This document shows, piece after piece, positions 1-13,800 of a stretch of 64,000 nt of DNA. The DNA is from Raillietiella orientalis (Eukaryota): NCBI GenBank assembly GCA_036172245.1, contig JAYWIR010000010.1, positions 2,480,001 to 2,544,000 of the forward strand. Reading direction: 5' to 3'. Position 1 is the first letter of the stretch, and every line of letters starts with the position of its first letter. Made by a program: the position numbers and the translations under genes. The notes beneath the pieces are model-generated. The model worked only from the letters and a program-made list of their open reading frames with translations. It searched no databases and was not told where the DNA came from.

Positions 1-3000
1 CGGGGATGAGAGAGATCCGAAGCGAAGCTGCTTTCCGAATGCAAGAATGGCGTTTGGTGCTTGTGAAAGGGGCAGGAGGGAAGAGACGATTCGTCAGATT
101 CGAAGACAGTGCCGCCAGGAATAGAGAAAGAATTTCCCTGCATAGCAGAATGCAGAAAGCATCGTGCAGATTCTCCTCTACATGGACCGGGAGGAGCTGG
201 GAGAGATTTCCAGAGGCGAACCACTCGGCTTGGATCTACGATCCAAGCGGATGCGCGAAGGCGTGCCCTCCCATTTCTGGAGGAATGTGGGCGTGCAAGA
301 GGAGAGAGAGAGAATCTCTCAGCGGAGAGAGAGAATCCTTCTCCACACTAGCCTGTCGCTTGCCTGGAAACGTCTGGACAGTCATGCTGCTAGGAGGAGG
401 GTGAGAACAACTCGGAGATGCGCACCTTCTTCGAAGAGGGAAAGAGAGAGCGAAAGACTATCTTGAGGAGTTTACAGTTCCTCCCTCCTCACTCCTCCTC
501 CCTTATTCATTGCACTATCGTAGGCATTCTTCCAGGGTCATCTCGAGAGGAGAAGGAGATATCCGAAGCTGCTTTCCGGAGACCAGGAACAAGGGTGCAG
601 CCTGGGCACAGCAGTCGGGCGGTGTCTCGAGAGTGAGCGAACTCGGAGCTGTGGAGATTCGTCGCACGCGATGCTTGTCTCCCTTGGGATTCCGACCCGC
701 TTCCAGGGGCGTGGTGCACTTGGGATTTCGAAAGCAAGTGGAAGCTGTCTTCAGGCGGCCATCCCTTGCAAGCCGGGAGGGCTCTCGCATCCTATGTCCG
801 ACAGCGAATGCCCACCGTCGACGACGACGCCTGATGGCTTTGCTTTTGCAGCAGGGTCCACCTGTCAAGAGCAGCGCCTTCTCTACACTGTTGCTGGAGT
901 TTCCTTTGTGATGATCGCTACAAGACATGCATCATCGACACAGGAGATATCAATACCACTGCTGCTGCTGTCATCGCAACTTGATTGTTTCAGTATTCAT
1001 GATAGCCGATGACCCACCGAAGAGACCTGAAACCCGGAGAACAAGATATCCACATTGCGCTGAAAGAGACTTGGAAAAATGACTCTTGAACAGAACGGGT
1101 CACGCTTGCAGTGCCGTTGCCGCACGCACGCCCATCCGCTGGTGCACGTTGTGCAGCCCAAAACCGTCCAACATTCTGTTCCCGCGACCAGTTTTGCACT
1201 TTAATGACCTCATTCCTTTCATCTCTCTGTCTGCCATTTTCGGTAATCAAAGGCAGACTTTCTTACCGTAGAATCACTGCGCGCAGGCGCACACACCGTG
1301 CGTATACAATGCACATGACATCGGGCACATCGCACACAGCAAGAAGTACGTTCCCGGTACGAAATACAAACACATTCCAGAGAGTGTTTATCACCCCGCA
1401 TCCAGAGCGCACATGACATGAGAATGCGTACATAAGTGCTAAAGAATGTACGCAGCTGCTCATCATTGCACAAAAGTCATTACTGATATATGAGAATAGA
1501 GGAGGCTGAAACTCCCTCTAGAATTTGAGATTTGGTCGTTGCATCATTCTCTCTGAACTGGCTGTGCATGGCATCTGCTTTCCTTTCCCGCTGAAACGTA
1601 TAATCATTAAAGGACAGTAATCGAGGATTGCAATCCCGATAATCAGGAACCTGTCATTGGTTTAGAATGCGTGTTGTTGCATGTTTGTGGCAGGCCGATA
1701 TCTCTTGAAGGACTTTGGGACAGATGATCCGATGCGTACGCTACATTGAGTCCCCTAACTTTCGGTTGCAGAGCCGACTGCTGTTTAATCCAAACGCTCA
1801 GGAGTGATGATGACATCCGATTTTTCGTGGAAAAAAAAAAAAAAAAAGGATTTTTTTTTTTTTTTCTCGCAACACCTCGAAAGTTAAACACCAGCAGTTG
1901 AGGAACGCAAGGTTCAAGTTGGTGCAACAACCGAAGTCTCATACAGCAGATCTCTCTTCGGGGGTGAATAGCTTTTACCGAAGGGTGGCTGCATCTGTGA
2001 AGGCAAAATCGTCACTCCAATGTGCACAAAACAAAAGTCGCAAAAGGGGATTGAAAAGCATAGAAAGATCGATCAGACAAATGATATTTCGCGAAGAGCC
2101 CAGTTGCTCCTCTCTGTGTGCGTAGGTGGGTTTTTATTTTTATTTTTTCCCGTGTCTTTTTTTTTTTCTTTTCTTCTCCTTTGTTCTACAAGCAGCTTCG
2201 ATAGCTTGGGAGTCAGCACTTCTTAGTAGCGGCATCCGGGGTCTTAGTCAACGGGATAGCACGGAATAACGGGCAGGTCGTGCTCATTTCGCCCCGGGGC
2301 AGGATGAACATCACGCTTGGTATATAGACCTATCTGCCGATGAGGCGGACGTCGGGTGATCGCCAACCTGGAGGAAGCATCGGGAGGATCTCTGTTGCTG
2401 ACCACGAAATTCAATCGCTGATCGAGGGTTCATTTTCGCTCCATGTGGAGCCGACGCCTTGAAAAAGACGAAGAAAGGTCACCAGGTCACATCAGCTCTG
2501 GAGGTGAGACGCTGTGTCGTTGAAGCGCCGAGCTGACTCGGATGCGGCGTAATCTGATTGGGACTACTGGAAAACGCTGCTCTCGTTCTCATCGCCAAAG
2601 TTCCTCGGTCACCCTGTACCAACATCCGCCTTCTTTCTGCCTCAGACGCAGAAGAGTCGTGTCTGGTGGAGTTTACAGAGAAAGGAAGAGGCTGCCCGCC
2701 CGGCCGTTTAGGACGTTTATTTATCCAGAAGATAAACACGGAAGGCGCGGAGCTGAAACGGGACTTGGAAAGAGCGCTGCGGCAAGTATCGGAAAAGAAT
2801 GGAACACTTCGGCTTGAAGTGAGCAGTCGATCCTGAGGCACCTGGAGGTCGGATCTGACCCACGCGGAAGGTTCAAGAGGATCTCCTGACCACTTGGAAG
2901 CATCCTCTCCGAGCGCCCTCCTGACCGCTCCTTCATTCTTCGAATGACGCGCGGAAGCAGAGGGAGGGAGCATGCAGAGAATTCGTCTCCACCGGAAACC

Positions 3001-4150
3001 CTTTTCGGTCTCGTTGCCAGGACGTGAGCTGCCGCGGCTTCTCCCCCTGCTACACCCTCGCCCCTTCGCAGGCTCCTCGGCAGCACCGCACGCCGTATTC
3101 TTTTGCGTGTCCTCTGAGGAAGGGTGGAGAGGAAAGGGGTGACTTATTCAGTCCCTTTCCGGTGATGTCCGGGGCAGATGTTTACGCCACCTTCAAAAGT
3201 CCTTTCATCCTCCCTTCCTCCCATCCCCTCTCTTCCCTCCCGAGAGGAGTCTCTGAGGAAGCGATGCGTTCGCAGCCTCCTTGTGATACCCTGGATCATC
3301 CTTCTTGGAAGCATTTCTCAACGGTAAGGAGAAAAAGATCCACTCCCCCTTTAAATTCCAGGAATGCAGCTACTGCCTGGGATTTCCTTCCCATTTCGGG
3401 TGCTTCCCTTTTTTCCCCCTTACCAGCTTCCTTCCTCTCTCAGGTGAAGAGGGTTAAGGAAAAGAGGAAGCTGGGAGCTACTGGGAAGACGTGGAAAAAC
3501 CTCCCGGCGAGGGAGGAAGGTGGGATCCTGGGAGGCTTCGTCCCTCTCTTCCTCCTCCAGGCAAGGAATCTCTCAAAAGTTCGAGGTTGGTCAGCACCAG
3601 GCGACTCGTCTGGGGCCCCAACGAAGGCGTGCACTGGACGATGGGGACGAAGGGATGCAGAAAATGTCCACGCCCCGGCTCCTTCGAGTCCTTACCTCAG
3701 GTTCCAGCTCCATGCCGCCCCCCTTCCTCCCGCCTTCCCAAAGAAGCGGATCTTCCCACCTCCTTCCACGTAGAGTCCTGTTCGTTTCAGGGTGCGAGCG
3801 CTCCACCATTTGAGGTACGCATCGGAAGGAGCCTCACCCCCTTCCTGCCCTTGTCCATGTCCCTCGGGAGCCTCTTGAAGCTCCTTGGAAAGAGAGGCAA
3901 AGGCACAGGGAAGGCAGCCAGAGGGTGCTCTCTCTGCAGCAGCTTTTTATTATCGCATCCATCCAGAAGAGTTACGCTAATCGAAGAAGTTTCTTTTTTT
4001 TCCTTTTCTTCCACCAGCATGGAGCGCAAAAAAGTCGGGAAGAGGGAGGAGGTTCGCATTAGGGATGGAGAGGATGCCACAAAGCGTGAAATGATCGGGG
4101 ACGGGAGAGGCCCTTCCTGCCTGGGTTGAAGATCCCAACCTCCAAGGGCT

Positions 4151-7100
4151 CTACGCGCTCAGGTTTTTCCGGTAGGCCAGGATCGCCGTGAACAGAAACA
4201 GAGCTGAGTTGATCAGCCCGAGGACCTGAAACCGATGCAGATTGTCTGTTAGGTCGGAGATGGGACTGGACCGCTGGTTGAAACAGGTTCAGCACCAACC
4301 GCGCGAAGCGCCCATGGACCGCTGCGCGCAACGCTTCCGAGAGAAGAGCGAACGTACGGTGGGAGCGGAGACGATCCGCACGCGTTGCGAGGGAGGGCAC
4401 CCTTTGGTTTCTCCTTCTCCTTCCTCAGGGGCCGTGCCGTCGCGATCGCCTCGTGCTCACACCGAGGATCAGCCCCGCTCCTGATCGATCGACCTTCCTA
4501 CCTACTTCGGCATGGTGACGAAACACGGTACCGGGAAACTGCAGGATCGCGGACCCGTGAGATCGGATCGCGGGAAGAGAAGGGCTGCCGCTTCCGGGAA
4601 AACCGGTGATCCGCTCGCTGCGAGGAGAGATGGCGACACGCAGGTTCGCGGAATCGGGAAACCACGAAAGGCCTACGAACATGGCAACGGAACAAACGAA
4701 ACCGAGGAAACCCGCAACAATGCGGGGTGCCGCACGAACGGGATCGGCGAGCCGTGACGGCCGCAAGTGATAAAACGGCAAGCGCTCGCAGTGTACGCGT
4801 TGCGGGCATGTACAACCATAACGGTAGTATTTCTCTCTCTCTCTCTTACAGAGCAAAACGCTTGTCCCTCTGATTCAGGGCATCCAAAGCGGAAAGAATG
4901 GAATTTGTGTCAAAAGGGTGTCAAAGAGTTCCAGCCCAAGCGTCCGTGAGGCACGATCCGACGGTCTCAACCACATACGACAAGTCTGCAAGTCTCGCCC
5001 ATAGAAAAAAGCTCAACCGCAGCTTCCCACCGCGATCTCTTTTAGAGTGGGAGGAAATGCAACGTTTACACGCGGTTTCGACTGCTCTTTTCATCTCCAC
5101 GTGTGTTAAGGATGAAGTGCTTTTGCTAAGGAACAATTATAGGGCTGTGGTATTCGGTGCCTTTCTTTCTGGAAGCACGGATTTAGCTTCGACCGTTCTG
5201 GATCGTGTGACAAAAACCCGTGACTGCTTGCTGAGGCCACCTTTTGTGAAGGAAACCGGATGGATGCTAAACAGATGGTTGCTTCAGAGCGTGCGCCCTC
5301 GCAACCTCCTTGGTGCAGTGGTGATGCCGAGGAAAAGTTGCCCGGTTGTGCTTGTTTTTTTTTTTTTTTTTCTTAAGGGATAATTGTTAATGCAAGGACA
5401 TTTTTGTAAACTACCACCCAACCCACACTTTTCTCATCCGCACACCCTCAGGCACACCTCAAGTACACGGGAGCTTACCCCTGCGAATATTTTATTACTG
5501 TAACCTCTCTCGAGAAATGCGTAACCTTTGTTCCGAGAGACAATCTGGTTAATCTCACTTACACTGGAGCAAAAGCCGAGAAACCCCAACAACCCATACA
5601 GCAGGGGAATCTGAAAGAAGAAGAAAAAAAAATGTACTTACTGACGCAGCAACTTCTGCTTCGTAATTCATAGGGCGATTATAGCGATCGTTCTGAGTTA
5701 AATACACGAGCAAAGTCACGGCGCTACTCAACAAGAGGAGGAAACTTGTCACGTGATAAAAGATTTCCTGGAAAAGAAAACGGTTTTTCACACGGTGGAA
5801 CGAAAACCGGTGCGAAGGCAATCATCGAAGGCGGGGGTGGCGCTGGCGACAAAAAAAAACTCGCGCGATCGAAGCTTTCTCGTTGCGGGTCCAGCCCAGA
5901 GAGGAACTGCCGAGTTATCTGTCCTCGATCTTCCACGAACGCGATACCGGCGGAAAGCGGACACCCGAGCGAAACCCAAGGGCTGGGAACACGGGCTACC
6001 CGGCTGCGCGCTCCCCATTACATCAGTCCAACGCGGCAGGCTTGCAGCCGGGAGAACGTGGGGGAGGTCCAGTTAGCGCGCCCCAGCGCTCCGCAGGCCC
6101 ACCCCGAACGCAAGAGATTGTCCGCGCGCACGGTCGGCCAGGCGTGCTGCAACCGCCGGGGAAGCTGCATCTTCCTTCACCTTCGTGCGGCGAAATTCCA
6201 TTCTTCTTCTTTGTCTGTGCGTGTGCGTGCGTACTTTTTTATCCCTCACGGTGCGTGTGTCCCAGAAATTTCTCCCATAGGGACATCATCCCGCCCCTCC
6301 AGCAACGGTCCGAAAAGCACAGCGCCGGGAAATGGCTGCGGACGCCATTGCTCCTCTCCCCCCTTCTCTCTCCGTCGCAAGAGTGGGCGAAGCATCTCCT
6401 GGAGGTGCAGCAGGGAACCCCAACCACTCGGGGCGCCAATAGGAGAGGGCGATAAAAACCGAATAGGAAAGAGGAAAAAAAATTGGAGGGGAGCCCAGCA
6501 CACAAAGGAAGGACAGGAAATCCCCGTAAAAGGGCGCCGACTCCACAAGTCGCACCGAAGAAACAATGACGACGTTCGCTCCCCCCTCTCCTGCTTCGTT
6601 TCGGGTGTGCCTCGCGCCTCCCGGGACGGGAGCGAAGGAAGACCCGAAGTGGCCACGAGTGTTCCACAAGGGAGGGAGGGAGACTCGTTGGCGCGCCAGG
6701 AAGCTGACCAGTCGTATCCCTCGACTGCTGCTCTTCACCGCATCCCCCTACGTCGCGCCTCCTCTTTTTCGCCGGCCCTAAGTCAAGGGAAGACTGGTGC
6801 TGCCTCGAGGGGGACGCGCGGGTGCTTCCTGGGTCCGTTACTCCCTACCTCCGAAAGTCTGCCGCCGGGAGGGAGACGGGAGGAGCAGCACCCCGAGGGC
6901 TGCAGGGCTCGATGCCGCGAGGGTGGGAAATCTCGAAAGCAGCAACGGGCGAGGTACGCCGGCAGGAAGAGAGGGCGGGGTGCGCGCGCTCCCTGTTCCG
7001 GGATGCGCAGACAGGCGAGCATTGCAGGTGCCGCGCGCCGTCGTCCTGCGTTGCAGAATGACCTTCGAACGGAATTCCTCCTCTTCGTGCTCGCACTTGC

Positions 7101-7872
7101 AACGGGGCGCGCAGGCGGCAGCGGCAGCAGCAGCTGCTGCTGCTGCTGCTGCTGGTCCCTCGCTCTCCCTCTCTCCTTGTGTCTCTTCTCCCCTTTTCCT
7201 CCCGTCCGCCCAGCTTCGCGAAGAAGGCGAGAGCGGTCGGCGCGGTGGTCGCGTCGCGCGCGCGTCGACGGGACGAAAGGCGGTACTCACGAAGTAAGTC
7301 TTAGGGAGCATCATGGCCGTGTTGAGGCTCAATATGCAGGAGATGATGATGCATCCCGTCGCGATGAGGCACGCCGCGGAAACCAGCAGGAAGAACAGTT
7401 CCGGGACGAAGAGGCGACTGTATTCCATGCGGTCGCGGTAGTAGCCGAAGTAGTGGGCGATGATGCCCACGCAGGCGCAGCAGATCAGCTGGAAAAACAC
7501 GTCTGCTGGGCAACGGGGTCATGGAGGGCTTCCCAAGGCAGCAGTCCTGCAGCTGCGGTCTTCCCGGAGGGCTCATGGCCCACTCGCCCCCCCCCCCCAG
7601 TCCACCTTCCCGGAGGGAGCGGGGCCGCTTCGCCGGACCCGGTCGAAGGCGGCGGCGTAGGGGTGACTTTCCCCGCACGCTCCTCCCCGGAGGAAGTTGC
7701 GAGCCGACGTCCGCCCCGACCCGGAAGAGGAGGACCCCTCTGGGAGGCTTACCAGCTGCAAGAGCTTGATGATGCCGGGAAACGTTTTCAGGTAGCCGAC
7801 GTTGAGCAGGACAGCCGTGCTGGTAGTGGTGCTGGTGGTGATGCGCTGCGTCACTGAGACGGTGTGGGCCAT
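4151..7872 (-). CDS. MARVEL-domain (CKLF/CMTM/plasmolipin-like) four-TM protein, gene A, 172 aa, 4 coding exons
   Basis: Exons 7872-7753 (MAHTVSV...LNVGYLKTFPGIIKLLQL), 7488-7291 (LICCACVGII...ELFFLLVSAACLIATGCIIISCILS...PKTYF), 5767-5642 (EIFYHVTSFLLLLSSAVTLLV...EVAAS), 4225-4151 (VLGLINSALFLFTAILAYRKNLSA*). All introns are GT-AG, phase 0. Four hydrophobic segments and the N-terminal YLxTxPGIIK motif typical of invertebrate MARVEL proteins. Confidence 0.9.
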
Positions 7873-10800
7873 CTCGGTCCAGAAGTGGAGGGAACGGCGG
7901 AGGAGGAGGAGGAGGAGGAGGGGTAGGCCTGTTTGCTCGGCGGAGGGCCCGCCTGTCGGATGCACGCACGAGACGCGGGAGAGCAGAGGGCCGGGGCGAC
8001 ACTGAAGAGGGTCGGGACGGCGGAGTGACGAGGCGCGAGCGAGCGCTTCCTTCCGCTAGTGGGAGCCGCACCCACGCGTCCCCGAGTCTTCGCCGCCGTT
8101 CGATTCGCCGCCCATCCCGGACGCGGAGAGACGCCACATGCGAGAGCGGTCTCGCCGAACCGCGCAACTCGCGGGGTGGGGGAAAGCGCGCGCCGTCGGG
8201 AGTCGCCTCCGCGCCTGCGCACCTTGCACGCTGACGCGCGCGCGCGCGCCGCCGCTCGCCGGTGACGGCAGAGGCGCCCCAGGGCTACCCCGACCGCGCC
8301 TTTTTCTCCTGGAGGCTTCCAAGGACGAACGGCCGCCTGAGGGTCCAGGCGCGCCACCGAGGCGTCCGCGCTCTTCCGCCGCGGCCCTCTGCGTGAGGGC
8401 GGTAGCGCACATCCTCCGAGCACGGTCCATACGAGGAAGGGCAGCCTTCCTCCCCCTACCCCCCAGGGAAGGACATGGACGCGTTTCGAGGGCGAGGAGC
8501 AACAGGAGCTTACAGACCTCGCCCGTGAGCGTGCTCGAAGTGGACCGGAAGCTCCTGTTGGTCTTTGCACCGTCTTCCTCCCCCTTCCCCCCTAACCCCT
8601 CCCCATCCCATGCATCCGCGTTTTCTCCTGTCACCCGTGCAGACACTGAGCCCAGCTTCCCTGTCGGCTCGAGCGGACGGCGCTGTTCTCTCTCGCTCGC
8701 CTCCTTCCCTGTTCTCAAAGGGAGTCCTCCGCGTCGGCCCCCGATCCCGGTGAAGGATGACCGCGGAAGACCTCTGCCTACTTCGCCCCTGCCGGGCCAA
8801 GCGCGAAAGGAAAGTCCAAGCCCTCGCTGGCTGGAGATTGCATCGGGTGCACGCTTCGGGATCTCCCCGGAGGGTGGTCGCGCACCCCGTCGAAGACCCC
8901 AAGCTCTCGGGGCGAGCGGCTCTCAGGTCAGATAAGGTCAGGTGGGAGCAGCTGTGTGGGGTTGGCCGAGGGCGGTCGGGAAGCCCTCGGAAGCGCACGA
9001 ACGTCCATCCCTTAGACGCGTGCTGCTGCTCCCGGATGTCTCGGGGGGGAGGGGAGCAGCCTCCCAAACTCGTTTCCGAGAGACCGGCAACCCCTGGACG
9101 ACGACCGGTGCCAGTTGTCGGTCCCCCGGGCTGGGCGCATTAAAGGCGCCGCCGACCTCCAGCAGAGTCTCCTCCCCTTCACTCCCTCCCTGACCTCTTC
9201 CCTGCTCTTTTCCCGGCTTCCCGGGTTCTCGGAGAGAGCCGGGAACCAGGAAGGGGAGGAAGAGGACGGACAGCAGGGAGGGGGTTGAGGAATTCGGCCG
9301 CGGACGACGACTTCCCTGAGGCGGATTCGCTTGGACAGTCGGCGGAGCGAGAGGGGAGGGGAGAGAGGCGCTCTCCATGGAAACCAGCGCGGGCGCACAC
9401 CTTGCCGCGGCGCCTGAGACGGGGGAGGGGGAGGAGCCGGCCCAAACAACGGAAGGAGCGCGTGTCGCTCCTGGATGTCTCCAGGAAGAGGAGGGAAACG
9501 GGGAGAAGGGGGGGAGGAGAAGGAGGATAGCGGAAGCGAGAAGCGATCCCGTTGATTCGCTTTGGACTTCGAGGGAATGGGTTGGTTCCGTTCCTTCGAG
9601 AATGGCGAAACCGAGCGGCGCCGATCCGGGAGCAGGAGGAGGAGGGGACTCCTCACAGACCTCTCTCGCCGACCGATTCCGTGCCTGCTTTCCCCACGAG
9701 GCGCGCTGACCCCGGCCGATCGGGAAGGGAAGGCATCCCGGCCACTCAACGGGGCCATCCGGGGATTTCCGGTTCCTACCAGTACCGCACCAGGCCAGTC
9801 AGTGTCGTCATCCTCCGGTGGGGGGGAGGGGGTTCGAAACCCACGGCGCGTCCATTTCTCCGGCATCGATCCTTCCCCGGGAGGGATTCGAACCCTCGAC
9901 GCTTGGTGCTGCCACATGCGGAGAACCCCCGCATCCACCTGGCATCTGACGCGGGCTGCTCCCTCTCCGGCCTCGGCAGAACACCACGGTGGTGCGCTTG
10001 CGGAGCCTAGAACTTCTCCTCCCCCTTCAGAGTGAGGGGGTGGGTGGGAAGAAGGGCGTCCAGAGTCGCATGAGACACTCGACGTGACCGCTGCTTTCCG
10101 CCGCCAGGAGTGGTCGATTCCTCGGTGCGCATGGGAGGGCGACCGCAGGTGCTCCCGCCGAAGGGGAGAGAGGAACGGGCGGAAAAACGGGCCAGCAGCG
10201 CCCCCACCGAACGACGGAGGTTGAGGGGAGGCGCGGAGGCCAGGAACCCGAGGAGACCTAAGTGTCCCTCTGGAAGCGGCGGGAGGCTGCGCAGGAGCGC
10301 GCCTTCTTCCCGAAGCGCCCGGTTGCCAACCCGAGCCCGGGTGAGGGCGGGACGAACCCGCACCGTGGTCCTGAACGGAGCAGGAATCCCCTGGAAACCG
10401 CGGAGTTTGGGGAAGGAGGGGATGGGGAAGGAGGGATGTAGAGGGGCCAAGGACGACGATACGGACTGCCCGGAGGGACCGACCTTGGCCGCTCCCGGGA
10501 GAATCCAGGGAGCACCCGGGGCTTCCCCGAGAGTGCGAGATCCTGGGGCGGAGACGATCCTTCCGCGCGCCTTTCCGCGGTCGAGCGGGGTGCGAGTTAT
10601 GCGCACCCCGACGGGTGTGGACGACTGTGATAGCGGTGGAAGGGATGAGAGGAGGGAGGGGAAGGGGGATGAGCGTTCCCACTCGCCGGTCCCCCTCGTC
10701 ACGCTACCACCCGCCACCAGGAGCGACTTTCTCCCCTTTCATCGCTGAGACCTCAGGCGGAGTCCGGGCCAAAAGGCAGGGAAGGCGCAGGGTTCCTGAT

Positions 10801-13800
10801 GAGCGGCAGGGAAGCCTCCTGGGTCTCGGGTGTCCGGTGCCTCCGTGGAAGCCTTCGCGTAGCCTCAGCTAGCTACCCCGGAGGAGGTTGTTCGCGCTTG
10901 ACGAAGGTCAAGGTTTTCGTTCCCTGCGCGCCTTCGATCTCTTGGGTAGCCTCCCTCCCCTCCACACTGGAGGAAGCGTGGGGCCCGTCACGGGATGAGT
11001 TCCAGAGACGCCTCCCGTTGTCCTACCGGAAAGGACGCCTCCAGCGTCCCTCTTCCCTCCCCTCGCCTCGAAGAGGTCCGCCCCGCTGTCTACACCGGCG
11101 GAGCTGTTTGGTCCCGAGTTCTGGCCCCCGGGGAAGGACCCTCCTCGACCGGGCAGCTCGGAGCGAGAAAGGACCTCAACAGCAGCAACAAAGGAAGAGA
11201 AAAGAAAGGAGCGAATTGCAGCATCATCCCTGACAGCTTTTACGGACAGAGCGCTTCCCGTCATCTCGGCCATCATCTGCCCGGGTCGCGCGCCGAGAGG
11301 CCACTCGGATTCGCTGCCAGCAGATCTCGGATTCTCCGACTTGAAAGTTCCCTCCTGCGACGGTCCCGGCGCCTGCAGGGCGAACGACGTGGGGTGCGGG
11401 CGCGGCCGCCTCCAATTAGCGCTCTCCGGAACGTCCAGGACGGCGGCGCGTCTCCTTCGATCCCTCCTGTTGTTGTGCCCGCTCGTTCGACTTCTCCGGA
11501 TGCTGTTCGTTACCTCCGCTCGAACGCACTGCTCGCAGCGTTTCCTTTGCAGCTCGCCGAAAGCGTCGGGGGAGCCGAGCGCGCGGCACGGAACACCCAC
11601 GCACCCACCATCCTGCCATTGCGTCCGCAAATCTCCCGTTTGGCGAGGGTTTTCGCCGAATTTCGAAACTGGGCACATCGCATTGCCGGTAGCGTCCCCC
11701 CCCCCCCCTCATCCCGCGCGCTCAACCCGTGCGGTGTACGTGCAATTAGCAGCAGCGCAAATGCGTGTCTGTTATTTCGCAGGGATTCCCAATGCCCCTC
11801 CCCCTTCAGAAATAGGGATGTCGGAGGCAGACGAAGAAAAACGAATGCATGAGGTGAAAAAAAAAGAAAAAAAGGAAAAGAGTAGAGATGCGGGCGCTGC
11901 CGTTCGAGAGTTCCCGCTTTCCATTGCATCTTTTTGTTCCGCTTGCCAAACTTCAAGTGCGCTGTATTTATAGATTTTGCAGATTAGCGCTGAGCCTGAA
12001 AAATGCACGTATGTACATTTCCCTCTCTCCGTGGGGAGACTTTTTTTCGTGCGTGTGTTCTCAGGAAAATCAAAATCAAGGAGCGTTGCTGCGGACGCTT
12101 CCTCGAGCAGTGCTGTTCCTTTCTCGAAAATGTTTGAACGGCCTTTTGCTTTTGTTAATGAATAATGTTTATCTTCCCTTCGCGCAGGGGAACAACAACT
12201 TCCCAGGAATGCTGGTTGCAATTACGAGTTCTTGCACGCATCTCAAGACACGACGCTTTTCCGAAAGTGCACTTTTTTTTGCGATCCTTCCTCACCTACG
12301 ACCACGGCGCAAGCAGATGTTCCGTTGTGAGTGATGACTGTTTTTATGTTGACAGCGATAATCACATAAAGCTCGAGATGAAATGGAAAAATGCGTTACC
12401 AATTGCCAGCCACCTCAGTTTCCTACATCGCAACTTGCAACAACCTATTCTACGAACGGAGTGGTTGGTCCCACGCTGGGGAAGCTTGGAATGCTGGCCA
12501 ACAACATACTTTTTCCCATCCGAGCGCTCGCTGGGGAGGAGAGTCTGCGTCGAATCCACGCAGCAGCGTTTTTTCCCGTCTGCCGCCGCTGCGTCTCCTC
12601 CTCGCAGCACGCGCTAAAAATAGCTCCCATTATTTATACGGATCGTCACAGGAGATTGGGCATTGTTGGCAAGCGCGGTTTCGTCCGGTCAGCGTTCCCA
12701 TGGCGCTGCGAGGGTGTTCCGGGGTTCCCATGGCGTCGAGGTCGACTCGTTCCGGCGGATCCGAGGCGGCTGCTCCGGACACCTTTCCGTGGCGCGCTTT
12801 CCCTCTAGCCACTCTCCTCCACCCTGCCGCGCGTGAATGAGGCCGTGACATATCGAGGACGGTTTTGGAAAAAGAAGCTTAAAAATATCTTGGAGATTCA
12901 GCTACCCACTTCTCGCTTATGCATCACGCGGGTTTCAAAGTTCTGCCGTGCAGGAGGGAAGCACATTTTCGCCTTCGTCGTTGGTATCGGCAACGTCTCG
13001 CAGATAATCAGGATTTCGTGGAAAGTACCCTCCACGTGACCGATATCCATTGCTAAAATGCCAGGTGCCCTATTGAATTCCTAAAACTTTTACGCAAACT
13101 TCGAGCGAACTGTTAACACCCACTCTAGCGTGTTCTTAGTAATCAGAGTTGCTTTCCTGGTAATCCAATACCATTCAGGGCTCCAGATAAGAAAGGTGGA
13201 GATCTATGCAATAAAACACACCCAGAAAGAATTTTCGTGTTTTGAAAAGAGCACATTTCGAGTTCATGACCAATGAACATCCCTCATGAGACCTGACTCA
13301 TCGTCAACTCATTCTACTTTCTACTAATATCTTACGCAAATCACACACGATACATGTATTTTGTGAACAAGGTGCAACAGTTGCCTTTCTCCTGCTACTG
13401 CTCCTTCGGTGTCCTACGACTGACTTCTCCGTTCAAGCAACAACAACATGGAAAGAAAAAATAAAATTAAACACGAGAGAGGAAAGCGAGAGAAGGAATA
13501 GCGAACTGGTAGCGTCATTTATTTTTTGCAGACTAATTCGTTTGTGGTATTTGTTTCCTTGATGCTTGAAGAGACGCTTCCGTGTCTGCACAACAGTCCA
13601 GATTTTTCAAAGGAATCCTGGGATTGCATATTTCTAACTAATTTCTGCCTAAAGATGAGAGTGACTTGGAGAAAAAAAAACGGAAAATGAATCTTCGGTT
13701 AAATTTTAGTGGCACTTGAAGTTCGTGTTTCGGTCGATTCGTATTTCTAAATCATTTCCTTGAGTATGCTGCGCCCCTGGCGACCGTTTCGCAGAGCATT

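Noticed and set aside
2555..2660. ENAALVLIAKVPRSPCTNIRLLS, resembling the non-LTR RT upstream motif (LIPK..NYRPISL)
   Set aside because: Too short and degenerate; no downstream RT motifs found.
4600..4730. Hydrophobic peptide IVAGFLGFVCSVAMFVGLSW as an alternative last exon of gene A
   Set aside because: No suitable acceptor seen; the exon at 4225-4151 fits better.
7111..7155. GCA/GCT triplet run giving poly-Ala, Ser or Cys in ORFs
   Set aside because: Intronic microsatellite in gene A.
5746..7857. 703-aa plus-strand ORF
   Set aside because: Low-complexity Arg/Gly/Ser/Pro translation, non-ATG start, antisense to exons of MARVEL gene A; stop-poor GC-rich DNA explains it.
9830..9900. Two opposed B-box-like motifs (GGTTCGAAAC, GGTTCGAATC)
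   Set aside because: No cloverleaf or A-box could be built; at most decayed SINE heads.
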